A stretch of DNA of 63,960 bases, filler included, from Reticulomyxa filosa (Eukaryota; Protista; Foraminifera): NCBI GenBank assembly GCA_000512085.1. It is 20 parts of 20 records of this genome, joined end to end, with 100 filler letters (N's around TTAATTAATTAA, not from the genome) between each part and the next. Parts side by side here need not be neighbours in the genome. Positions count along the whole stretch, not along the records: positions 1 to 1,632 come from ASPP01001133.1; positions 1,733 to 2,789 come from ASPP01026694.1; positions 2,890 to 6,734 come from ASPP01003009.1; positions 6,835 to 8,205 come from ASPP01013672.1; positions 8,306 to 15,305 come from ASPP01009228.1; 15 more parts are not named here. The stretch is one strand, 5' to 3'. The translations under genes and the position numbers were made by a program. The notes under the pieces are model-generated. The model saw only the letters and a program-made list of their open reading frames with translations, did no database searches and was not told where the DNA came from. The number at the start of each line of letters is the position of its first letter. Position 1 is the first letter of the stretch. Positions 1-10,974 of this stretch are shown here, piece by piece.

Positions 1-510
1 AAACTTCACAAAAACAAAAAACAATATGACGCATTGATAATAATAATATCAGGACATGGTGATGAAGGAGATGTATTAGTAACGAGTGATGGAGAATATC
101 TACCGATTGATGAAATTAAATCATCATTTGATTGCAATCGAATGGGATCTTTGAAGAATTGTCCAAAGATATTTATTATTGATATTTGTCGTGGTAGTAA
201 TGTTCCTCAAATTGCAAGCGTCATTCAAATAAAAGGAAAAGGAAAAGAACAAAACAATATACATAACAATAATGGATTTTTAATGATATGGTCAACAACA
301 AAAGGTTATCAAGTAGGTGATTTGTCATTATTCAGTGAAACCATGAAAAATACAATTATTTCAAAATACAAGATTGGTTATCCATTAAGTCAGATGTTAA
401 GGGAAGTTCGAGAAAATATTAAGAAGAAAGGAGGTGGAGAATGGTATTGTGTGGAAAGTCAAGACACTATTGATTATGACATTTCATTTCAACAAAGAAA
501 GGTTTTATAA
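1..510 (+). CDS. Caspase-like C14 peptidase (5' truncated at window edge)
   Basis: Frame is open from base 1 (KLHKNKKQYDALIIIISGHG). Catalytic His in ISGHG, catalytic Cys in PKIFIIDICRG, then p10-like FLMIWSTTKGY...SLFSE. Confidence 0.85.
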   Translation, partial: KLHKNKKQYDALIIIISGHGDEGDVLVTSDGEYLPIDEIKSSFDCNRMGSLKNCPKIFIIDICRGSNVPQIASVIQIKGKGKEQNNIHNNNGFLMIWSTTKGYQVGDLSLFSETMKNTIISKYKIGYPLSQMLREVRENIKKKGGGEWYCVESQDTIDYDISFQQRKVL

Positions 511-1289
511 AAGTTGTTTTTTTTAACAAGCAATAAGTAAGTAAGTAATTCATTTGAGACTTTTTTTTACATTGAATTATTTTGTCTCAACTGATTCTCT
601 ATTCTTTGAATGAATTGATTAACAAATCAATAGCATTATTTATTAGAGATCTTGTGTGATGTTAATACAAAAAAGCGATCTTACAAATTACAAAAAGTGG
701 ATAATTCGATTATTTGAAAGAATTAAAAATAAAATTATTACAAGTTGAATAAGATTAATTTATTTGATTGAATACAATTTCTTTTTATTCAATTGAATTA
801 TCTCTTTTATTTAGTTATAACAGATTATTATTCTTTGATATATATTTTTTAATTTTGATTTAAACACGCCTTTTCATGAGATTATATATTTTAGATGTCA
901 AATTTTTTGAAATCCAAAATAAAAGATAGAAAAGTGTATTTTAAAAGGCGATGAAAAATTAATATTACTGTTGTAAAAAATGATATAAATATTTGTATTT
1001 GACAAAAAATTGTGATATTGACTTTTGACTTAGAAAATCGATTATCTTCATAAGGTACCATTTTATTATTTCAGGACTTTTGTCACTACATGATTGAAGT
1101 AAATTAGGATTTTTTTCCGCAAAGTAATAATTCAATATACAAGTATTTGAATTGGATCAAGCAAAATTTTTTTGAAGAAGCTGGAAAGAAGGCAAATATG
1201 CTCACATTGATCAGAGAAATTTGCAAAGAAAGAAGGAAAACAATCATAGTGTTTTCCAAATATGAAAACGCAATGAATCTCCACAAATG

Positions 1290-1530
1290 ACAAAACAATT
1301 GCAAAGCATGAACTTCATGAAAATACTAAAAAATATGATGGATTGGGAATAATAATTTGTGGACATGGAGATGATAGAAATATGTTATGGAAGCTCTTTA
1401 GCAATTGACGAAATGCGTACAAAAATATTTATTGCTGATATTTATCGTGGTGAAAATATTCCAACTTTTCATCAGATAACAAACGAGAGAAACAAATATA
1501 AACAAAGACATATCATTATATGGATGGATT
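1290..1530 (+). pseudogene. Decayed tandem paralog of the caspase-like gene
   Basis: Reads KHELHENTKKYDGLGIIICGHGDDRNML, then a frameshift, then SLAIDEMRT-KIFIADIYRGENIP. Collinear with 1..210 but with an internal deletion and catalytic Cys replaced by Tyr. Confidence 0.75.
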
Positions 1531-1632
1531 TTTTTGTTAAGTTGTTTTCATTGCAAAAATATATTTTGAAGTTTTTTTTTGTTATATCTTTGCTTTTAAG
1601 AACATTTATGGAAATTAATTCGTATTTTAAAA

Positions 1633-1732
1633 NNNNNNNNNNNNNNNNNNNNNNNNNNNNNNNNNNNNNNNNNNNNTTAATTAATTAANNNNNNNNNNNN
1701 NNNNNNNNNNNNNNNNNNNNNNNNNNNNNNNN
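1633..1732. other. Artificial contig spacer N44-TTAATTAATTAA-N44 (first of 19)
   Basis: The same spacer recurs at about 2790, 6735, 8206, 15306, 26814, 29315, 30981, 32602, 34344, 36710, 38626, 40186, 42576, 47045, 48247, 50579, 55251 and 62819. TTAATTAATTAA places stops in all six frames. Confidence 0.98.
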
Positions 1733-1789
1733 AAAAAAAAAAAATGTATAATCTTTTATTTTCAATCCAATTGAAACGAAGCAATAAAC

Positions 1790-1814
<25 letters not shown>

Positions 1815-1820
<6 letters not shown>

Positions 1821-2760
1821 AAAAACACGAAACAGTTTGCGTGTCTTGCAACTGGTTTTCCAAAGATCGAAGTCTTTTACTCGCGTCTTGGAGTTGGTAG
1901 CTTAGGTTTTGATGACTGCGTTGCAATCCAGAAGGCGTTGTGCTTCGCTTCAACATCGCCTGAGGGTGCAAGTATCCCTTATCTGTCAAACTACGCAAAG
2001 AGTCGTGGTCAATACTTCCATTCTTTTTCTTTTCGTTTTTCGTTCGTTGGTTCTTTTCTTCTTTTTGTCCTTTTTCGGCTTGTTGTTTCTTTCACATTTT
2101 CATCATCATCATTGTTGTTGTTGTTGTGGTCACATTTGTTTATATAAACATATGATAAAAAAAAAAATAAATAAACTTGTAATTGGTCTTTGGTCGACAA
2201 ATATAACTTTTGCAACTCTCGATAAGAGTTTCTCAAGTCGGTGTTTTGATCCTTCAGTTTGGCCAATTCGGCTTGATAATCGCCGATTTGTGCTTCCGCA
2301 TCATTGCGAAAACATCGAATGTCTTCCTCCAATTTCTGAATTTCAAGATTGGCCGTATGAACCAACGAGCTCCATCTTTTCACTTCATCATTCGACTAAT
2401 TGGTTAATATTTCAAATTGTCATTTTTTTTTTTTTTGTTATATATAAAGATTAATCGCAAAATAGTTTGAACACTTTTTTTTTTTTTTTTAAAAAAAAAA
2501 AAATCACATATGCACGCGCACACACACACACACACACAAAAAGTGCGCGCGCGCGCGACATTTTTGACAAGCAATCTATGACACAGCACAAAGAAAAGAG
2601 GACAAACAAACTTTGAGAATTTCTTCTTTCAACAGCCCATTTTCCTCTTGTAGACGTTGGTTGGTTTGTTGGGCATGTTGAAGTTCTTCTTGCATGGTTG
2701 ACAAATCTTGCGAATAGCCTTGTCTGACATACTCACTCTTGTCCATTTGTCTTTGACATC
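1815..2760 (-). CDS. Multi-exon coiled-coil protein fragment, function unknown
   Basis: Heptad-rich exons (MQEELQHAQQTNQRLQEENGLLKEEILK; LEIQKLEEDIRCF...QAELAKLKDQNTDLRNSYRELQ; LQDASKRLRSLENQLQD) separated by GT-AG introns. Confidence 0.55.
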
Positions 2761-2889
2761 ACAACAAAACAAAGTGTGGGCTTTTTTTTNNNNNNNNNNN
2801 NNNNNNNNNNNNNNNNNNNNNNNNNNNNNNNNNTTAATTAATTAANNNNNNNNNNNNNNNNNNNNNNNNNNNNNNNNNNNNNNNNNNNN

Positions 2890-3679
2890 AAAGTGCAAAT
2901 AAATCAAAACTTCATGTTCATTTACTCAACTTAATAAAGAACAACAGCCAAGTTCTGTTATGATGTAATAATTGTCTGCATCTTCGAAAGAGCAATACAA
3001 CCTTTACAAAATCCAGTTTTTTTTTTTTTTTTTTTGTTCACTTGTTTGTGATTCAATTTTATTTGTTCCTGTTGTTGTTTTGTGCACTCATTTGTTGGCA
3101 CATGCGATTTGTGCATTTTTTTTTGTCGATGCAGTTTTGCCCCTTGAGCAAAAAAAAAAAAAGAACAACCTGTTTTCGAACAGAACATTTGAAACTGAAG
3201 GATAGAGTACTCAACTTGATTGAATTTTTTTCACACATCAAACTCAATATTGAACGTTCTGTGTGATAGTACATTATTGAGGTTCGGTTTCTTTCAAAAA
3301 AAAAAAAAAAAAAAAGGATCGACAAAAAAAAAAAAGGTGAGGAAAAAAGATTTGCGTTTCAAAAGTAAAATGTAATAAAAAAAGGATAATTAACACGCAG
3401 AGTTTTCATCGCGTATTTCTTGCCAGTGACAACATCTTCAACTTCATAAACAGTGCCTGAAGCCCCTGTTCCTAATACTTTGATCGCCCTGAAAGTTGTC
3501 AGCTCTGCAACTTCGGGATATTGTGCCTGAGGGTAATTGTTGGTCTCATTTGTTGGGGTAACAAGGCACTGGCTGCTATTGGTGTTTGTGTCCGACGCAC
3601 TGTTCTCGTCGTTCAGAAACATTTTTTCGTTGCTTTCATTGACCTTTGGTGAACAACTCTCCAAACTTTTTTCTTCCAT
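2890..3679 (-). CDS. Ser/Thr protein kinase, N-lobe exons (AGC/CAMK-like), 3' truncated
   Basis: Gly loop LGTGASGTVY and YAMK in exon 1. Next exon YHTERSILSLM (helix C Glu), next exon LYCSFEDADNYYIITELG (subdomains IV-V). Confidence 0.8.
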
Positions 3680-4795
3680 GCCGTCAAATCACCGTTTTTG
3701 AGTTGAAAATTTGCCTGGTTTATGAAATTTCTTCCAAATCAAAACCCTGGCACAGTTTACTTGTTTAAACGTTCTTTGCCAAAAAACAAAAAAACTAATA
3801 AGGATATATGCTTGTGAAAGAATCAATCACTCAGAATAAAAAGAAAGCAAACAAAATTGTAATATCACATGAATTAGTAACATCAAAAAATAGACAGTAT
3901 TTTGCTTTCAAAAAATTGCTTTAATCTTCAGCAATGCAGAAACAATCTTTCACAAAAGCGCTTCAATAAAGATTTATCTGTTGCACGAACAAAGAAAAAA
4001 GACTATGTTTCAAGAAAAAACAAGTGGGCAATACTCAGAAAATTCTAGAAAAAGAATCTGACTCAATCAGTCAGCGACCACAAAAAAAATATTTTTAAAA
4101 AAAATCAGGATCTTAAAAAAATTGTTATCATACTTTAATTTACTACCATTTTTTTTACACGTAACAAGTGGCAATGCAACAAATAATGTACTTCCCGTGC
4201 AAGAAAGAATATTGAATATGTGGACACTAGATATAGCATATTAATTTCAGCTTTTTTTTTTTTGATCTAATGAAAAGATTATCGAAAATATAAAAGGAAA
4301 TTAGTCAACATTATCGTGCTGTAACAAAATATTCGTGATGCTATGTTCTAGACTTTTGACATTTTTGCATAGAATTACCCGAATTCGGATAGAGCTGATC
4401 GAGTATTAATGTCAATATAAATCAGTCGTTATAAATGTATCTTTTTCTTGTACTGTGCAAAATCGGCAAATAGTATTTCAATCGTGGCGTTACAAAGGGC
4501 AGAAAAAAAAAAAAAGTTATACCATCAATTTAATGATAAAAACAAGTATCAAAGATAATGCCGATAAAATTATCTTATACTGTGGTAATACAACGTATTT
4601 CCATTTTTATTAAAATGGAAAAAAACGATGTTACAACAAACGGACAAAGACCAGGCAAAAGCAAACAACAGGTCCAGATCGGAAAAGTGGGTTGACATGT
4701 TACTCTTTAACGTCCTTGATCCAAGGAATAAAAGCAGGAGCCAAGGGAAAACTTGCAAAAAGGACAAAGAGAGAGAAAAATACAACAAATAACGT

Positions 4796-5892
4796 TTACT
4801 TTCTTGGATGCTCCATTTGAAAAATATCATCTTTTAATTTTTCATTTTCATTATGAAAGTGAGTGCACGTATTTTCAAATGTAGTATTGTCCAAATTGAC
4901 AACGTGCGTTTTCCACGGACAACCCATTTGTCCTTTTTCTAATTGACACGGATATCTCCGAAAAGTGTGCGGATGAAACCACACCTCATAATAACTATGA
5001 GCAAATGGACATTTTTTGTCGCATTGGCCTTTCCACTGTCCTCCGGAATACGTTTTCGGACAAGGATGATACGTGTAACCCCATTCAAAGGGATTACGCC
5101 GATAGTCCTCATATTTGTGATAGTACGGACATCGTCGTGACGATGGACAACCCTTTATATTGCATTGTTGTGTCTTGTAGGTTTCCAAAAACCTTTGCAG
5201 CTTTTTGTATTTCTCCTCCATGCTCGGAAGAGATGGATGTTTATGTTTCAACTTCTCTGGCTTTCTGTTTGACTTCTTCTTGTCGTTACTATATTTGCAA
5301 TGAACATTGTCTTTTTGTGTGTTTTCATGTATATGTTTTGCACACAAGAGATTTTTTTTTTTTTTTTTTTTTTTCAGAATCTAACTTGGAGTGTTTTGCT
5401 GGTGACTTTTCCTTTTTTTTGCTTGTCTTTAGTTCGTCATCATCACCATCTTTATGTGCCTTGTTGTATTTCTTTTCCAATGCTTGCTTCCGTACATTTT
5501 CGTTGTCTGAGTTGCTTGAGTTCTTACTCTTGGCTCTGCCCTTACTCTTGGTCTTACTCTTACTTCTGCTTTTGCTTCTGTTTTTATTTCTATTTCTGTT
5601 TCTTTTCTTACTTTTACTGCTTCCACTTCTACTTCTACTCTTACTTCTACTTTTACTCTTACTCTTACTTCTACTTTTACTCTTACTTCTACTTCTACTC
5701 TTACTTTTACTTCTGCTCCTACTTTTACTTCTACTTTTACTTCTACTTCTACTTTTACTTTTACTTTTATTTTGAATCTTTTTGAGCGGCTTTTTTTCGC
5801 TCTTCAGTTTAGACTGAATCGAGCTCTTTTTTTTGTCGTGGTGCTCAGCTGAGTGTTTGTCGTCATGTCTATCACTGTCTTTGTCAATATTT

Positions 5893-5933
<41 letters not shown>

Positions 5934-6016
5934 GCTTTTTTTATTCTTCGTCTCGTTGCTTTCATTATCGCTGTTATCATTGTCATTCTTATTGTTATTC
6001 TTATTATCGTCATTAC

Positions 6017-6068
<52 letters not shown>

Positions 6069-6692
6069 GCTACCATTTTTATCTTTATTTTTATTTTTAT
6101 TATCGTTGCTCTTATCACTGTTGCTATCATTGTCATTGCCCTTGCCATTATTGTTATCATTGTCACTGCCATTGCTCTTGTTATTGTTATTGTCGTTGTC
6201 ACTTCCACTGCTGTCTTTGTACTTGTTCTTATTGCTGCTTTTGTGTTTGTCTCTATTTTTCTCTTTGCTTTTCATTTTGCCTTTGTTTTCATTATTGCCT
6301 TCATCTTCATCTTCGCTGCTTTTGTTCCTGTGCTTGGCTTTATCCGCTTCGCTATATTCTTCGTCTTCTTTATCTTTACTGCTATTCTCCTTTTCGCTAT
6401 TGTCATTTCGATTTGCATCTTTATCCCTGTTCCCATCTCCATCTCTATTGCTCGATCCCGCCGACGATTTCTTTGATGGCTTCGCTTTGCTTTTTCCTTT
6501 TGCTTTCTCTTTCTCTTTTGCTTTTTCTCTTGGTTTGTCCTGTTTTTTCCCGTGTTTCTTCGCGTCTTTGGAGGACTGTCCATTTTTCGCATTGCCTTTG
6601 CTTTTGTTGTCGTTGTCGTCTGTCTTGCCAGAGCTTTCATTGGTCGCTTTTGTTGATTTGCTTCTTTTTTTTTTTTCACGTCTTCTATCCAT
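4796..6692 (-). CDS. Low-complexity (K/N/D, KS/RS dipeptide) protein with C-terminal tandem CCCH zinc fingers (Unkempt/RR-TZF-like RNA-binding)
   Basis: YKTQQC..CPSSRRCPYYH..YRRNP..YTYHPCP..CDKKCPFAHSYYEVWFHPHTFRRYPC resembles the Unkempt/plant TZF pattern. Probably joined to ORF 5325..6692 by an intron near 5311..5386. Confidence 0.75.
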
Positions 6693-6693
6693 C

Positions 6694-6734
<41 letters not shown>

Positions 6735-6834
6735 NNNNNNNNNNNNNNNNNNNNNNNNNNNNNNNNNNNNNNNNNNNNTTAATTAATTAANNNNNNNNNN
6801 NNNNNNNNNNNNNNNNNNNNNNNNNNNNNNNNNN

Positions 6835-6875
<41 letters not shown>

Positions 6876-6899
6876 GAATAAATAAATTATATACCTGTA

Positions 6900-8171
6900 A
6901 TGTATACATATATGTATATGTACAGTCAATCACTTCCTATTATTCAAGTCGCAAGTTCAAATGAGGAGGATTATATATCCGGAGGAGATATGGACATGAG
7001 CAAAACAAAATCAAACAAACGTGATTTGGATTCGAAAAGTTCTCACGCTAGTAATAGCAATAACAATGCCAACAACAGCGGAGACAGCAAATTGAATCAT
7101 GGCAACGACATCAACAACGTGGAATCGGGTTACATTAGTCCAAGCAAAAGACGAACTCCAAGAAATCAATTGGCAATGGGCGCACTAAAGAATGATGCTT
7201 CTCCAATGTTTGCCAACAGCGCTGCCGCACAGATGATGACCCCATTGACCCAAATTCCCGACGACAGTTATGAAAAATAGAGCCACCATTGCTACTATGT
7301 AATCACACTCTGTGTAATTTTGAAACAGTACAAAGAAACAAATACATATAATGCACCATATAATAGCTCCACAAAACGACGAAGATGACGAAGAGGAAAA
7401 CGAAGAGATAGGAAATAAGCATGCCCGCAATCAGAGTAAGAATGCCATAATCGAATTCAATAACAATATGGATGACAATGACAATGACAATGACAATTCG
7501 AATACAGGCTCTAAGATCGATGGAAATCAAACATCGTTGAAATTGGAAATCCCTGCCAATGAGGACGAGTCGCGAGAGCCGATGTTGCAATTGCAAGAAG
7601 AGGAAGATGACGAAGAAGAAGAAAAAGAGAAAAGTTGGAGCCATTTTGCACCGAGCAGCTCGCCCAACGCTGCGCTCTTGCATCAACATAACATCGATGG
7701 ATTCCATTTCAAAAATGGGCCTTCGATGACGAGCGAAGTAAGCGACAGCAGTGAAAGTGTGCATTATGTCGACTTGACCGAAACCATGCGCATCTCTCGA
7801 CAAGAGCTGAAGCACAAATTGCAAGAGTTCAAAGAAAGCGCGGAGAAACCCAAGGTAGTTACCACGAGCAACAAGACCCCTTTGGAAAAGCAGCAAAAGG
7901 CAGAAGGCAATGAGTCCAAAGACAACGCGGCGCGAAAGGCGAAAGCACCACCCAATGTGCAAGCCAACAATGGTAACAATGACATGACAGACAACACTGC
8001 GGATAAGTCGCAAAATCATACCACCGGCAAAACCTATCTGTTTTCTCTGAATGAAAAGTACAGCATTGAGGATGAAGGACATCTTATCCACAAAGACCAG
8101 ACACACCAAATAGGTATCTTATCAGATGAAAAGAAGACTTTTGTATTTCACTTAAAGCAAAACAAAATAAC

Positions 8172-8204
<33 letters not shown>

Positions 8205-8205
8205 T
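6900..8205 (+). CDS. Acidic/Asn-rich disordered protein fragment, function unknown
   Basis: Two GC-richer ORFs (6900..7280 and 7351..8205) with exon-like composition; no recognisable domain. Confidence 0.45.
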
Positions 8206-8305
8206 NNNNNNNNNNNNNNNNNNNNNNNNNNNNNNNNNNNNNNNNNNNNTTAATTAATTAANNNNNNNNNNNNNNNNNNNNNNNNNNNNNNNNNNNNNNN
8301 NNNNN

Positions 8306-9037
8306 AATGGTAAAGGTAACAATAATGCGAATGCAGAAGTAGAAGTAGCTGAAGAAGAGGAAATGTTCCCGGAAATTCCGGAACTTCCGAGACAACCGCA
8401 AAAATGGACAGAAAAATGTTTGGAAATGTGGCAAATATTACACGATTTTGTCTCGCAGTATGTCTTGTTTTTTTATCCGGACGCGACCAATCTTACACAA
8501 GACCGCGTTCTGATGGATGCGTGGCTTGGATGTCCTCGCACACGTGATGTCGATTTGGATCGCGATATGTTGGTCGACATTGTCACGGAATTCTTGTTTG
8601 ACAGCATTGTCACAAAAAACTATATATTAAAGCATCTGCATGAGTGCATTGTACAATATCACGAACAAAATCATGCGAATGTATGGAATCTCTCTGTTGG
8701 CGATCATAGTAAAAGGGAGTATTTGAACATGTATTGTATTCTTGGCATCATTCAAGCACAATTGTCTTATTTTCACAATGTCAGCGAAGATTTCATTTCT
8801 CAAATTACTGCTCCAATACTTCGCTATTATGTTTAGCACAATTCATTCATGCATTTATACTTTTTTTTTTTTTTTTTTCGCTTTCTTTGTATTGTTATTA
8901 TTATGATTAACAAAATAGATACATTCATATATTATATACACATGCATGTTTTTTTTCGGAAAAAGGGCTCACATGAAGCAATGCAAACAATATGTCAAGA
9001 ATTACATCGTCGTATTTCGCCTTTGATGTTCACATAA
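8306..9037 (+). CDS. Lipoxygenase C-terminal-like domain protein, 5' truncated, apparently non-catalytic
   Basis: LEMWQILHDFVSQYVLFFYPDATNLTQDRVLMDAW...DRDMLVDIVTEFLF resembles the LOX consensus GLxIWxAIxxFVxxxVxxYYPxDxxVxxDxELQAW...TRxxLVxxxTxxIF. The following HAAVN Fe-ligand motif is replaced by KNYIL. Confidence 0.5.
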
Positions 9038-10974
9038 CACAAACTGTAAATTTTGTTCCTTTAGTTGGGTTCGGGTCCTATCTTTTTTTTTTTTTGTTTT
9101 ATTTCTTTTGGTTGATGATGTATCTATTATTTTTTCTTTTTTTTTTTTGTTCGTTTGTTCTTTTGCTGAGGGCCTTTGAATGGACAAACAAATGAAAAAA
9201 GAAAATGAAAAATATTAAATAAACAGGATATTGCCAGACACTGTGTTTGTGTCTTTCTTTCCTTAAGTTGTTTTTCCCTTGCAAAATATTGTCTGGATTA
9301 TATCCGTATTTTTTGTTTCTCTCTTTGTCTCTTTATCTGTCTTTTTGTTTTTTTTGTTTTTTGGTTTTTGTGCCTACACGGATGCGTTATCTTCGTGTTG
9401 TGTTGACGGAAATAGAATTTTTGTTGATGTACTCCTTTGACTATTTTTTTTTCCCACCGAAGGGCACTGATTATTTGTGCATTTTTTTTGTTCTTGTTTT
9501 TGTGGATTTCGGCCACAATGTGACATGTCTTACTTGTCAAAATGTTTTTAGCTTTCGGAGAAAAATTTTTTGTTTATTTTTTTATTTTTTGTTTATTTTT
9601 GTTTTTTCGTCGAAAATTTTTGTTTGTTCTTGAAGTTTTTTCTTCAAAAGTTTTCTTTTGATAATTTTTTTTGTCTTTCTCTTTTCCATTAACATATTGG
9701 ATCATCTCAAATGGCCGACAAAATTTCAACTATGTCTAAATTACACTAATTCATTCAGCAAGTATATTTCATTTAGATTATGTAATGGCATGTGCGTCGA
9801 TTACCTCTTTAAATCGGCCTTTGAAATGATTAAATTTTTCCAAACGTTTTTTTACAATTAATTTCTTTTGAAGAATGGATTACAAAAGAAAGTAATGATT
9901 AAAATAACAGTTTGTCACACAATTGTTATATTTTAGTAAAATATGCTTCTTTGATAAATTTGCTTAACTAAATTAATTTAGCTTCATTTGAGTAAAAAAA
10001 TTGTGGCAGTCCCCTCTGAGATCTATTTATAATCTTTTACAATTTTTCTTGAAGAGTGATCGAAAATGGCAGCTGGATGGCTTCTCCTTTTTATATTCCT
10101 TTGTATTGAGGTAATTAATTCACTCAAAGACATGATTTCGTTGCGCTTGCAACAAACACAAACAAAAATAACATAGTCATTGGTCGTATTTTTGTTGGTA
10201 ATGCCTGTTCCATCAAATACTGTTCGAGAAATTTTGATTTCTGTTCCCACACATTTTTGGAATAAGTAAGTCTCTTTGGTTGTGTTAAAAAAACTAGTAA
10301 GATGAAAATGCGTGATGTTTTGAAGGAATCCGTGGGTGCAATACTTGTCATTCCTTGTTTTAGGTTTGGATTTGTATTATTTTGCAAGTTAAGTTTAAAA
10401 ATCCAAATTTTAATCTCTTCTGACAGAGATAAATTCCGTATGGAAGCTTTTCTTACAGTTGAAAACTTCCAAAATATCATTATATTGAAAAATAGGTACC
10501 TACCACAATTTATATTGGCATAATTTGAAATTTGAAGAACGCTGGCAGAGATGCGAGGACAAAATTAATTTCTTTAAAGAACAAAGAAACCTTTATATTA
10601 CTGGCTTTGGTGTATTTTTGTTTGTGGTGATGGTGAGACTTTTGGCAATTCAAAAACAATTATTTGATGCCCGTAAAAATCTCAAAAAAGAATAACAATT
10701 ACCTTAATTTTTTGAGCATTAATTTTACCATATCTTAAAATCAATGACTTTTATTGTTTTTCCTCAAACTGAATAAAAATTCTTTCGCTCTATCCTTGTG
10801 ATCGCTTTTTTTTTGTTGGAAAAACGAAAAGTGTACAATGCTATTAGAGTTTTAGAACGAACTAAATTAAAATATCGGGGATCATCAGTTGAAAACCAAG
10901 CCACAAACAAATACCAATTCTAGAAATTGCACAAAAAGGTGCAATCGAACAATAAATAAAAGATTTAAAAGGTG

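Noticed and set aside
5005-6790. Long poly-Leu/Ile/Val/Tyr-Phe ORFs on the plus strand
   Set aside because: Antisense and alternate-frame shadows of the trinucleotide and hexanucleotide repeats in the real minus-strand gene.
10023-10560. Overlapping short ORFs, possible element relic
   Set aside because: No motif I can identify with confidence.
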